Source: an uncultured bacterium (GTDB taxonomy: Bacteria > Patescibacteriota > Minisyncoccia > Phycocordibacterales > CAINVO01). Taken from it: a stretch of DNA of 55,670 bases. The notes beneath the pieces were generated by a model. That model had not been told where the DNA came from, made no database searches, and worked only from the letters and a program-made list of their open reading frames with translations. The stretch covers positions 1 to 55,670 of the forward strand of contig CAINVO010000026.1 in NCBI GenBank assembly GCA_903854195.1, in the 5' to 3' direction. The position numbers were made by a program, and so were the translations under genes. Of the stretch, positions 37,932 through 47,107 are shown one piece after another; positions within the stretch are counted from its first letter, which is position 1, and each line of letters starts with the position of its first letter.

Positions 37932-38091
37932 TAAACCCTTTAACAAAAAAAATTAATCCCGCCCCTTGCTTCAAGCACGGTGGCGGGTTTTATTTTATGT
38001 AAATCATAAAATTATATTTGACATTATAAATATTTATTATAATGTAAAAACAGAAGCAAAAATTGAAAACAACCTAAATAAAGGAGATAGA

Positions 38092-38637
38092 ATGAAAGTG
38101 ATATTCCCAAAAACATTAGCCACACTCATACCACACGATCCTGTATTTTTTCTCGCAGGCCCTGTCCGCGGAGGAGATGATTGGCAACTCAAGCTCTGTA
38201 AAGAAATTCGTCGACAAATCTGCGAACAAGACTTCTACGCAGTAATTCCCTATTACCACAATGATATGCCTGCAGACCACGAGCTTTTCGCCTTCAAGGT
38301 TAGTGGTGACGAAAATCATTTCGGCCGGCAACTTCCTTGGGAAAGGCACTATCTAAACATTGCCTCTAAGTCCGGGGCTGTCATCTTTTGGCTTCCCGCT
38401 GAAAGCAAAAAGAATCCTCGACAAGGCGGAGGATACGCCACCGACACCCGTGGTGAAATTGGTGAATGGAGAGGAAGGATGATGTATGACCCTTCACTCA
38501 AGGTGGTTGTAGGCGGAGAACCAGGCTTCCCAGATATCAGCCAGATCGAGCGAAATTTTAGACACGCAATTAGCTCAGATTTCCCGATCTACCGAACAAT
38601 CAAAGAAACAGTAGCGGCAGCAATTCGAATGATCTAA
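38092..38637 (+). CDS. nucleoside 2-deoxyribosyltransferase-like protein
   Basis: FFLAGPVRGGDDWQ, QLPWE, VIFWLP, TRGEIG; RBS AAGGAG before ATG 38092. Confidence 0.8.
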   Translation: MKVIFPKTLATLIPHDPVFFLAGPVRGGDDWQLKLCKEIRRQICEQDFYAVIPYYHNDMPADHELFAFKVSGDENHFGRQLPWERHYLNIASKSGAVIFWLPAESKKNPRQGGGYATDTRGEIGEWRGRMMYDPSLKVVVGGEPGFPDISQIERNFRHAISSDFPIYRTIKETVAAAIRMI

Positions 38638-38645
38638 AAAAACAT

Positions 38646-38690
38646 AGCCCGCACAGAGATCCCTCCCAGGACTTACACTGTGAGGGCTTT
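38646..38690 (+). repeat. 3' hairpin family II, copy 1 (terminator-like)
   Basis: 35/45 identical to 45722-45766. Confidence 0.8.
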
Positions 38691-38875
38691 TCTTTTATTT
38701 ACAAACTAAATTAATTAGGACTAGTGCAAAGTTCTAAGATTATTCAGATAAGTAAATATATTTCAAACATAGTTCCTAGTGCGGAGCTAAGTTGACAATT
38801 ATCGTTCTACATGTTATTATGTGCAAAGCAACAAATTTCACAGTTCACGATAAAAAAACAAAAAAGGAGAACTAA

Positions 38876-39088
38876 ATGGCCATAGGAAAAAATGTAAAAT
38901 TTTACTTGTATGCCGCAAAAAGAAGTGGTCCATACAAGGGAAAAAGACTCTTGGTAATTAACTACACTTACGAAGGAGACCAAAATCATACTTTGAAAGA
39001 TCTGGTAGATTTTCTTAGTGAGAAAAAAGTCGACCTATCTGTAGTGGAATTACCCAGCTGTTTTGCCACTTTCACAAAGGTTCAATAG
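38876..39088 (+). CDS. small hypothetical protein
   Basis: 70 aa; RBS AAGGAG, promoter TTGACA-17-TATTAT at 38792. Confidence 0.75.
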   Translation: MAIGKNVKFYLYAAKRSGPYKGKRLLVINYTYEGDQNHTLKDLVDFLSEKKVDLSVVELPSCFATFTKVQ

Positions 39089-39136
39089 CCCACCACCCCA
39101 ACAGGAAATTCACTGTCACGGGGTGGTGGGTTTTCT
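39088..39136 (+). repeat. 3' hairpin family I, copy A
   Basis: 11-bp perfect stem, loop AACAGGAAATTCACTGTCAC. Confidence 0.8.
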
Positions 39137-39400
39137 TTTAAACATTTACAAACATTTTTTGATGATAACATTATACCCCTGAGCGAAAGCCATGAAGGAT
39201 GGGTGAATAGTCGCTGCGTGCAGGAAGGGTCACCCCTATCTTGCACGCAGTTTTTTATATCAAATTTTTTATACTGAGCCACCCAAGGGCAGAACTAAAA
39301 TTGGTCTGATAATCATTTATTGCTTTAAAATAATTTTGGTGATAAATTCAGATAAGAGGTTCGCCTCGCACATAAACAACAAACAAAAAGGAACTCGGGT

Positions 39401-40000
39401 ATGCCTGAAGAAATGCTAGTAAATAAAATTATAACGGGAGCTATTCCAGAGCCAAACCTTACTTGGTGGCTTACGTATTTGGAAAATTTCCGCCTACGTT
39501 TGAAATCGGAATTAAACCGATTCACCCTGGATAATATCGGTAAGTGTGGACACCTTCGTGATGGTGAGTACGGCAGTCACAAATTGTCAGAGGATAACCC
39601 TGTGCTCGTTGGGAACAACAAATTTTCTCTGAGCACACAAGGTATCTTTGATGCCGAGATACTGTCCCCCACACAACAACAACTACCCAAAAAAGAAGGG
39701 GTAAGTGTCAAAATGTTCTGGGGATTAACTCGCAACGCTGAATGGGTAAAAGTTGAATACTACTTTTTGACAAAAGGTCGAAAGGAAGTAGCAACGATGG
39801 TTAACATTAGGGAGACAGACCTAGAGAAATTATTCAAAATGGAATTTCATCTTACTGAAGTTACCCCGATTAAAGTCTGGACCTTGCTCTATTACCAAGT
39901 CAAAGAATGGCACAGAAAACGCGAAGAGTTATTTCGCCACTCTAAGTCACTCTTTGATGAGGTTTGCCTGGTAAGCCAACTATTTAAGGTTAACTGCTGA
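39401..40000 (+). CDS. hypothetical protein
   Basis: 199 aa with RBS. Confidence 0.75.
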   Translation: MPEEMLVNKIITGAIPEPNLTWWLTYLENFRLRLKSELNRFTLDNIGKCGHLRDGEYGSHKLSEDNPVLVGNNKFSLSTQGIFDAEILSPTQQQLPKKEGVSVKMFWGLTRNAEWVKVEYYFLTKGRKEVATMVNIRETDLEKLFKMEFHLTEVTPIKVWTLLYYQVKEWHRKREELFRHSKSLFDEVCLVSQLFKVNC

Positions 40001-40016
40001 GAATTAAATCAATCAT

Positions 40017-40049
40017 AGCTGGGGACGCATGCGTCCCCAGCTTTTTTTA
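40017..40049 (+). terminator. 26-bp perfect palindrome followed by a T-run
   Basis: AGCTGGGGACGCA|TGCGTCCCCAGCT. Confidence 0.75.
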
Positions 40050-40139
40050 AATCAATATCTATTAAAGTCAGAATAAACATTGACATATACTAATTTTAGT
40101 TATATTTTACGAACAGATTAAATCAAACAGGAGGCAAGA

Positions 40140-40436
40140 ATGGGCAACCCAATCACAAAAGCCGAGAAAATCTTCGAAGTTGGAGAAAGCGTCTACTTTC
40201 GATCAAACACAATGGGAAGAGCGGTATTAGATGATGTTGTAAGGAAAATGGTTCAGAAGCATGGAGCCGGTCCGCACATCATCATCCGAACCAACATTGA
40301 TGAAAGCGATGGTGGCCAAAAACTAAAGTTCGAAGGTAGCATTAGTGATGGGCTCGGAGAAGACGCCCCTAGCCCATCCATGGAGAAAGAAATGGTTTGG
40401 GATTCACGCTATTTTAGTTCTATCCCTCGCACCTAA
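40140..40436 (+). CDS. hypothetical protein
   Basis: 98 aa; RBS AGGAGG, TTGACA at 40080. Confidence 0.75.
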   Translation: MGNPITKAEKIFEVGESVYFRSNTMGRAVLDDVVRKMVQKHGAGPHIIIRTNIDESDGGQKLKFEGSISDGLGEDAPSPSMEKEMVWDSRYFSSIPRT

Positions 40437-40439
40437 AAC

Positions 40440-40492
40440 AAACCACACTCAACCCAGGAATCCACCTGTCACGTTGAGGGTGGTTTTTTGTT
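40440..40492 (+). repeat. 3' hairpin family I, copy B
   Basis: loop CCAGGAATCCACCTGTCAC; stem nearly identical to 50303-50361. Confidence 0.85.
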
Positions 40493-40502
40493 TTATACAA
40501 TT

Positions 40503-41600
40503 CTATATTTTAAAAACAACTATTTCACAATCAGTTCCTACACGAATTGGTGGTCCCCATGTTCCAACCCCGCTTGAAGTATAAACCTGCATGCCACCAA
40601 GTCGGTTCAAACCATAAGTAAAACGCCCATAAATCATACGAGCAAAATATTCCAGAGGCCACTGTTGTGCTCTGTGAGTGTGACCGGATATTTGGAGTGA
40701 AACTCCTGCACTTTCAGCAAGTTTTATAAAACTAGGCTCATGTTTCAAAAGAATTGAAGGTGTATTTTTATCGATCTCAAGAGAATCAAGAATCTTTTTA
40801 TAATCAGATTCCTTCGCAGTGTTTAGATAATCAACTCCAATAATTTGTAAATTATCAATTATTATTTTTTCATTATTTAATATTTTTATACCCGCAAGAG
40901 ATATTCCTTTTGAAAACAATTCCCCATTCCCAAAACCTTCATGGTTCCCCATCACAAAATATATTCCCAAAGGAACTGAAATATCTTTAAAAGGCAAAAT
41001 GCATTTTAAAATTCCATCCGCAGAAGAGCCATCAAAAAGGTCACCGCCAATAAAAACAAGGTCGGGAGAAATTTTTACTAATTCCTTTAATATTTTTTCA
41101 ACAGATTTTTTTCCATTTATTTGTCCTATGTGTAAATCACTTATCCAAACAATTTTTCTTTTATGCCAATGGTCAGGTACATTTGGAATTTCAACTTTAA
41201 CTTCTTTAATTACTAATTTCCTTTTATGAAATATTCCATATACTCCCGCAAGAATAGTCAACCCAAATATCGCAATTGCAAAATATTTTGAATGGTCCCC
41301 AATATATACAGCTTCCAAAAGATACATCACCGAAGCAAGAAAAAAATATACAAAGAACCCCATCCAAGTCATTGCAATTGTTGAATATATTCGTGTGAAA
41401 ACATTATAATAACGCATACCCAAAAAAGTGGAGGCTACAAAGCTTATTCCAAATAATCCTAAAATACTCATCACTAAATATGAAGTTCCCGCAACGTTAA
41501 AAACCGTTCGAGTGGCTTCATAGACAACAAGATTTGCCAAATACAAAATGGCTATAATTATAAAAATAAATATTAAAATTGATTTACGGCTATTGTGCAT
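40503..41600 (-). CDS. membrane-anchored metallophosphoesterase (YkuE-like)
   Basis: DLH, GGDLFD, GNHE, GHTH motifs after four TM segments. Confidence 0.93.
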   Translation of the reverse strand: MHNSRKSILIFIFIIIAILYLANLVVYEATRTVFNVAGTSYLVMSILGLFGISFVASTFLGMRYYNVFTRIYSTIAMTWMGFFVYFFLASVMYLLEAVYIGDHSKYFAIAIFGLTILAGVYGIFHKRKLVIKEVKVEIPNVPDHWHKRKIVWISDLHIGQINGKKSVEKILKELVKISPDLVFIGGDLFDGSSADGILKCILPFKDISVPLGIYFVMGNHEGFGNGELFSKGISLAGIKILNNEKIIIDNLQIIGVDYLNTAKESDYKKILDSLEIDKNTPSILLKHEPSFIKLAESAGVSLQISGHTHRAQQWPLEYFARMIYGRFTYGLNRLGGMQVYTSSGVGTWGPPIRVGTDCEIVVFKI

Positions 41601-41614
41601 TTTTATTTTATAGA

Positions 41615-42274
41615 TTATTTTCGAAGCACTTTTTTATCTACTATCGCAAGCAACGTATTTACCTTTCTCTTATATCTTATATAAAAGAAAAACATTAAAC
41701 TAACGATGGCTGCAAAAAAACACCAAACGGATGTGAAAGTGAACTCAAAGAAAAGCCACGAGACAAGGCCTAGAAATCCAACTACTATTCCGAAATATCG
41801 AAAAATCTTGAGACTTGAAATACATAAAGATCCGACAACGGCAGACAAATATGCCAAAATAACAAAATCCATGAAAGGAAAATTAAAGCTATAGCTTATG
41901 CATGAACTGACTTTATTTATACCTAAAGGTCCTGTAATGAGTATTACCGAAAAATAAAGCGCAACTATGATTCCCACTAGCACAAACCATCCGAGTATTT
42001 TCCTTTCTTTTTTATCTAAAAGAAAAACTGCAAGTGGCACATATATAGGCCATAAGATAAAAGCAAAAAGTAAAAATAAATACCCAGCAGCAAATGAGGA
42101 TGAACCTGAATTCAAATAGACCCATTGAATTCCTTCGCTGAACTGTTGAATACTGAACATAGTAGGAATTGCTGCGAGGATTTTATCTTCTTTCTTGGCA
42201 GAAACAAAAGACACCCCACCAAGAGTAGCAAGTGCCCCACTGGCAATAAAACTAGCTGAAGCTGAAAAACACAT
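41615..42274 (-). CDS. multi-TM protein (MCFSASAS family, DUF6629-like)
   Basis: MCFSASASF, QQFSEG, SVWCFFAA. Confidence 0.75.
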   Translation of the reverse strand: MCFSASASFIASGALATLGGVSFVSAKKEDKILAAIPTMFSIQQFSEGIQWVYLNSGSSSFAAGYLFLLFAFILWPIYVPLAVFLLDKKERKILGWFVLVGIIVALYFSVILITGPLGINKVSSCISYSFNFPFMDFVILAYLSAVVGSLCISSLKIFRYFGIVVGFLGLVSWLFFEFTFTSVWCFFAAIVSLMFFFYIRYKRKVNTLLAIVDKKVLRK

Positions 42275-42324
42275 GTCTGGAGTATAACATTTTATTAATG
42301 CATCATGTATAATGAAATTACTCA

Positions 42325-42840
42325 ATGAATCCTGAACCCTCCATTTGGAAAAATAGGATTCTCAACATCACGACAATCTCATCTATTATTGTCTTTTTAA
42401 CATTGTCGTTCCTGGGCAACCACGGGTCAACATTTATGTCTAATGATAAATGTTATGCACTTCTTGGCTGCAATATAGGATTTTTTGGATACGACGTAAT
42501 GGTTCATTTCATAAGTGGAATTATGGAAGCGTCACTTATCATATTGCTAATGAAAAAATTTCTTTCATTCAATCTTTTCCATGAGAGTTTTTGGAAAAAT
42601 TTGTTAGTAGTTGTAAGTCTAGTTGCACTAATAGCTTTTTCCTGGGAATTTGGCGAGTTGTGTCACGACCAGTTTCGAGTGAAAGTCCTACATGAAAATC
42701 TAATTAACCCAAACAATCTAGACCAACCAACTAGCAACGACACTATGGGCGATATGACGTTCTCAATACTCGGTGCAACTATAACTGCTTTCGCCCTTAG
42801 GTCTTTCATGAAAAAGAAAAAAGTTGACAACAATCGATAA
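42325..42840 (+). CDS. membrane protein, VanZ/YjdF-like
   Basis: DVMVHFISG, WEFGE, DTMGD. Confidence 0.65.
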   Translation: MNPEPSIWKNRILNITTISSIIVFLTLSFLGNHGSTFMSNDKCYALLGCNIGFFGYDVMVHFISGIMEASLIILLMKKFLSFNLFHESFWKNLLVVVSLVALIAFSWEFGELCHDQFRVKVLHENLINPNNLDQPTSNDTMGDMTFSILGATITAFALRSFMKKKKVDNNR

Positions 42841-42843
42841 GCG

Positions 42844-42990
42844 ATGAAGTTCATTGGAGATGATGAACAAGATGACAGACCACTCTTAACACCCAAGTGG
42901 CGTGTCGGATGGTTTGCCCTATATACCACACTCACTGCAGCCCTTGTTATAATTCTTATGATTCAATTCCCTCTCTTGCCTCGGCACTAA
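42844..42990 (+). CDS. possible 48-aa single-TM peptide
   Basis: MKFIGDDEQDDRPLLTPKWRVGWFALYTTLTAALVIILMIQFPLLPRH; hairpin at 43009-43042 follows; no clear RBS. Confidence 0.4.
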   Translation: MKFIGDDEQDDRPLLTPKWRVGWFALYTTLTAALVIILMIQFPLLPRH

Positions 42991-43140
42991 CAATGACCGA
43001 GAAAAACCAACGCTCCAGCCCAACCAGCTGGGGCGTTTTATTTATGAAATATTTTTTCAAGCGCAACGCTTGACGCAGATCAATTGTAATTGTATTCTTC
43101 AAAAAGATTTTTAATGCTCGTTCGAGCTTAGGAGGACGTA

Positions 43141-43545
43141 ATGAACAGACCAAACCCAGAAGAGATACTGGTCATACAGTTTGCTGACACGGGAGTCTTC
43201 TGTTTCTGCATAAGTGTAGAAGATCATGATTTATCAAAAGGTCGGGACTTTCTGGCTTTTCATACTTCATTTGAAATCGAGAAAAAAGTCTTTGAAAACA
43301 AACCCCAATTGTTAATCACCGGGATAGTCTCCAGCGATGTCAGAGATGTTGCAATAATGGTGGAAAATCTCCGGCAAAGGAATCCCCAACTTGTGGTAGT
43401 GACTTACTCCTCATGCGATATCCCTGGGGAATGTTTCGATCTGCAAATCGACAAGAAGGACAATGATTCTTCAGAACAACTTGTTGGAGCAATCAGAGAC
43501 TTTCGATCGGCAAAGCTGCGAAGAAAAGAAGTGCTCGCAACCTAG
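43141..43545 (+). CDS. stand-alone atypical receiver-like protein
   Basis: KPQLLITGI, LRQRNPQLVVVTYSS, LQIDKK; RBS AGGAGG. Confidence 0.6.
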   Translation: MNRPNPEEILVIQFADTGVFCFCISVEDHDLSKGRDFLAFHTSFEIEKKVFENKPQLLITGIVSSDVRDVAIMVENLRQRNPQLVVVTYSSCDIPGECFDLQIDKKDNDSSEQLVGAIRDFRSAKLRRKEVLAT

Positions 43546-43637
43546 GTCCAGATAATCCTAGGATTAAAAAACAAACCGTGCTTTCCAGAAATTAGGAAGG
43601 TGCGGTTTTTTATAATAAAATAAATAATAAAAAATAT

Positions 43638-44045
43638 ATGAAAGATGAAGAACTTTATGATTCACCCACAAAAGAGGAGATGAACAAACTAGCAGTTGAA
43701 GCAAAAAAGAGATGGGGCCACACCACAGCCTACAAGGAATCCGAACAAAAAATGCGAGGGATGACTAAGGAACAAATGGATATTATAAAAAAAGAAGGAG
43801 ATGATATTTTGAAAAAAGGAGTATCCCTAATAGATAAGGATTTACACAGTAAGGAAGTGCAAGACTTAATTGCTGAACATTATAAGCATCTTTCTAATTT
43901 CTACACACCAAATCCTGAAATGTATAAAGGCCTTGCTGAGATGTACATAACCGATCCTAGGTTTAAAAAACATTTTGAAAAATACCATCCAGAACTTCCA
44001 CAGTTTATGCACGATGCAATGATTGTGTTTGTAGAAAATAAATAG
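43638..44045 (+). CDS. TipAS antibiotic-recognition domain protein
   Basis: EAKKRWGHT, FYTPNPEMYKGLAEMYITDPRF. Confidence 0.9.
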   Translation: MKDEELYDSPTKEEMNKLAVEAKKRWGHTTAYKESEQKMRGMTKEQMDIIKKEGDDILKKGVSLIDKDLHSKEVQDLIAEHYKHLSNFYTPNPEMYKGLAEMYITDPRFKKHFEKYHPELPQFMHDAMIVFVENK

Positions 44046-44187
44046 ATAATTAAAAACACTCACTTTCTACACAGTGGAACGGTTTGACTTAAATGTTTTT
44101 TAATGATAAAAAAACATTAGACAAGACTAGAGCCGAAACCAAAATGGTCAAGCTTGATAGTCAGATGCATAAAAAAAGGAATTGCAA

Positions 44188-44889
44188 ATGAATGAATCAG
44201 CAACCCTCGCACAAGGAAATCAGGTAACAAATCTGATTCTCCAGAAAAAAACAAGCAAACAAGGAATTCAAGCCTTACTAGCATCCAAACTGCTTTCTAA
44301 GCTTTTGGATGCAGCAAAGGCAGGAACAATTGGAAACGTAAACACGTTTGAGTTCTGCCGACTGCTTGGATTGGAAGAACAAAACCTCGCATTTTACGGA
44401 GAAAGCGTGAAAGCAAAGGTAAGTTACCATCCTGATTACCAGTTATGGGCAAACCTCGAAATTCTCGCGTGTACAAACAAAGTACATGTGGAAAGCCTAG
44501 AAAAGACAACCTTCAAAGACACACTGGGTCAAAGTGATCCCGTTCTCTGTCTGGCTCAAGTAAATCGTGGATCCGTGTCTGACGCAAAAGAAACCCTTAC
44601 CGAAAGAGATTTCAAAGGAGCCAACCGAAGAGACCTTGTAGGCTTCTTCGAAGCCAACTATCAAACCTTGAGGGATGATTTGTTCTCCGGAAGGATAATC
44701 CTCCTTGGAACGGTTTCAAGCGAAGCTGGCGAAACGGAAAAATATCTGCTTTACCCTTTTGTCGAACTTGAAAAAGGAAAAATCAAAGGTTCTGGAGCTA
44801 TACGAGGAGATGATCTCATTCGTAATGGAGAAAACACTCGCTTTGCATCCGGGAAGGATTATTTCCTCATATCCCCCATCAATAAATAA
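44188..44889 (+). CDS. hypothetical protein, paralog of 45071-45691
   Basis: shared N-terminal ...LGL block and A..R.L..F...Y...LGT block; RBS AAGGA. Confidence 0.75.
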   Translation: MNESATLAQGNQVTNLILQKKTSKQGIQALLASKLLSKLLDAAKAGTIGNVNTFEFCRLLGLEEQNLAFYGESVKAKVSYHPDYQLWANLEILACTNKVHVESLEKTTFKDTLGQSDPVLCLAQVNRGSVSDAKETLTERDFKGANRRDLVGFFEANYQTLRDDLFSGRIILLGTVSSEAGETEKYLLYPFVELEKGKIKGSGAIRGDDLIRNGENTRFASGKDYFLISPINK

Positions 44890-45070
44890 AAGTTAGACAA
44901 CTAACTTTCGGGCCCTCTTAGCGATAAGAGGGCTCTTCTTTTTTTAAAATTTGACATGAAGTATTTTTTGTTATATTTATTATAAGGCTATGACGATAAG
45001 GTAGTCCTCTAGCGTTTAGTACATTGAAACTAGCTACTCCGAAAGGAAGTGGCGCAACATAGGAGATCCT

Positions 45071-45691
45071 ATGAGCAAAATTGATTATCCATCTGCAACC
45101 AGTCTGTCACAACTGTTTAGACTGATGGCGGAACAAGAAGTAACAGACGAGAGGCTTAACGAACTGTACACTACCGGCATTCTTGCCCGTGTTTTTCAGT
45201 CCGACCCCAAAAAAGTAAGCGTCACAGCACTCGAAAAAGTATTGGGGTTAACATCGGCTCTTACTGAAACAACAAGACCGCTCAGGATAAGTTTCAGAGA
45301 AACGATTGACTCACTTGTAACACATCACCACATTGTCACAGATGACTCTCGCCACAAGGAAATTTCATCTGTATTCACTGAAGGCCACGAGACTTGCAGT
45401 TCAGTTTTAACCCAGGTTCGTAACCCGACATGGAGCAAAGTCAAAAAAGCAGAAAAAAATCGTGGGGTCACATCTGCCACCCTTCGTGAGTTGCTATTCT
45501 TTGTGACTATGTATGATTTGAAAAAACTTGGCAGGTACACATACTTTGCTCTTGGAACAAAGCTTGGTGGCAAGGACCCAGAAGTTTTCTACGCTTATGC
45601 GGAAGGTCAAGAAATTCGACTTCGCCACATGAGCTCATACGGTGCTTTTCCATCAGATGCAATTTTCCTTGGAAGAGTCCTCGGCACATAA
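45071..45691 (+). CDS. hypothetical protein, paralog of 44188-44889
   Basis: ATLRELLFF..YFALGT..RL..FLGRV; RBS AGGAG. Confidence 0.78.
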   Translation: MSKIDYPSATSLSQLFRLMAEQEVTDERLNELYTTGILARVFQSDPKKVSVTALEKVLGLTSALTETTRPLRISFRETIDSLVTHHHIVTDDSRHKEISSVFTEGHETCSSVLTQVRNPTWSKVKKAEKNRGVTSATLRELLFFVTMYDLKKLGRYTYFALGTKLGGKDPEVFYAYAEGQEIRLRHMSSYGAFPSDAIFLGRVLGT

Positions 45692-45721
45692 ATAGGACAG
45701 AAAACCAGAACATAAAAAAAT

Positions 45722-45766
45722 AACCCCCTCAGAGAGTCCTCACGGAACTCACACTGTGGGGGCTTT
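45722..45766 (+). repeat. 3' hairpin family II, copy 2
   Basis: 35/45 identical to 38646-38690. Confidence 0.8.
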
Positions 45767-45889
45767 CTTTTTGCATTTCTAAACCATTTATTTTTTACTG
45801 ATTATTTTTTGCCGCCTAAATTTGTAATTAATTTACCATTTAAACCTATGATATAATTTCATGATTAGCAATTTAAATTTTCAAAACAC

Positions 45890-46183
45890 ATGCCAGAAGG
45901 AGCACCTTTAACCCCAGAAGCACAATTTCCTCTAAAAAATTGGTTTAATAATATGGAGGAAGAAAACAGAAGAGTGATCGAAAGTGAAATTTTTAATACT
46001 CGCAGCAATTTTGATTTAGACAAAGCACTTAATGAAATACAAGACCAAGAAGTTGCAAGAGGAATAATGCTTAGATTCAGAAATTATCTTGAATTAAAAA
46101 AGAGTCAGGCACCTAGAGATGTTATAAAAAGTGAAGCAGAAGAAATTGCTCAGTATGTGGATAGAATCATTTTACCTGAATAA
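45890..46183 (+). CDS. hypothetical acidic protein
   Basis: 97-aa ORF. Confidence 0.7.
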   Translation: MPEGAPLTPEAQFPLKNWFNNMEEENRRVIESEIFNTRSNFDLDKALNEIQDQEVARGIMLRFRNYLELKKSQAPRDVIKSEAEEIAQYVDRIILPE

Positions 46184-46185
46184 TT

Positions 46186-46437
46186 TTAACGATGCGGGCA
46201 ACCGGCCCAACAACAAGGTCTCCGCTTCCCTTCTGAAAGACCTGTACGAGCTCTCTCAATCCTGTGACTTCTTGTTTCCGATTTTTTAGCAGATTCAATC
46301 CAGCATATCCACTCATTGCGAGCAAGTGGAGTAATATTTTCCCATGCCAATAAAGCTAAGGAGTTAGAAGCCAGACTCATTTTCAAATCTGTTGGAGTTT
46401 TATGCACAACGCCATTAGATATTCCTTTTTTAATCAT
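46186..46437 (-). CDS. YdeI/OmpD-associated family protein
   Basis: TPLARNEWICWIESAKKSETR, GKRRPCCWAGC. Confidence 0.9.
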   Translation of the reverse strand: MIKKGISNGVVHKTPTDLKMSLASNSLALLAWENITPLARNEWICWIESAKKSETRSHRIERARTGLSEGKRRPCCWAGCPHR

Positions 46438-46643
46438 AAGATAATCTTATCAAACCCAAGAAATTATCGCTATTTTAAGGAGATCAGAGTACAAATACAA
46501 CAAAATATGCATGTTTAATAAAGTGACTTTACCCTTTTCTAAGTTAAAAATAATTTGACAATTTTACCTATATCTGTCATTATGAAACCTGACCCAGTAA
46601 ATTTCACGTTCAAACAATACAATAAATAGGAGAATTATCCATC

Positions 46644-47027
46644 GTGCCTGACAGTTCGAAGTCCTTACTCGCAGAAATAATATTGCATCTTTCATACGAT
46701 GCAGGTATCAACAAACTAAAACCGTCCGATCAACCAATCGGCCATCTGATACTCTTAGAGACATCAGAAACACTATGGAAAAGAGCGTGCGCCGTACAAG
46801 CGTTAGCGCTGAAAGGAGACCCAGAACAAGAAATCCTCGCGGAACTTGTAAGGGATCTTTTAGCAAGTGCTGAAACAATCGAAAACCCAGTATGTCTCGT
46901 TGGCAACTTGCCTACCCTGACAACCGAAGGCCCTTTATGGAAAAGGGCTATTCACACCTTAAGTCATGAACCCGATAGGATTCGTGACATATTCGCACCG
47001 ACAATGAAGAGATGCTTCGGCCGGTAA
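46644..47027 (+). CDS. hypothetical protein
   Basis: GTG start with AGGAG RBS, TTGACA at 46555. Confidence 0.7.
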   Translation: MPDSSKSLLAEIILHLSYDAGINKLKPSDQPIGHLILLETSETLWKRACAVQALALKGDPEQEILAELVRDLLASAETIENPVCLVGNLPTLTTEGPLWKRAIHTLSHEPDRIRDIFAPTMKRCFGR

Positions 47028-47040
47028 TAAACAAAAAAAC

Positions 47041-47086
47041 AAACCCACTGAACAGGAAACCCCTGCTTGCAGTGGGTTTCCTTTTT
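47041..47086 (+). repeat. 3' hairpin family I, divergent copy D
   Basis: AAACCCACTG stem, loop AACAGGAAACCCCTGCTTG. Confidence 0.65.
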
Positions 47087-47107
47087 TACAAATTATGCTA
47101 ATATTCG

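Noticed and set aside
40447-40479. ACTCAAC...GTTGAGG resembles integron attC R''/R' boxes
   Set aside because: Only 19 nt apart, no L boxes, R' breaks GTTRRRY, no intI seen
45033-45053. TCC-GAAA-GGAAG resembles SRP RNA helix 8
   Set aside because: Lacks the CAGG/AGCAG internal loop and a long flanking helix
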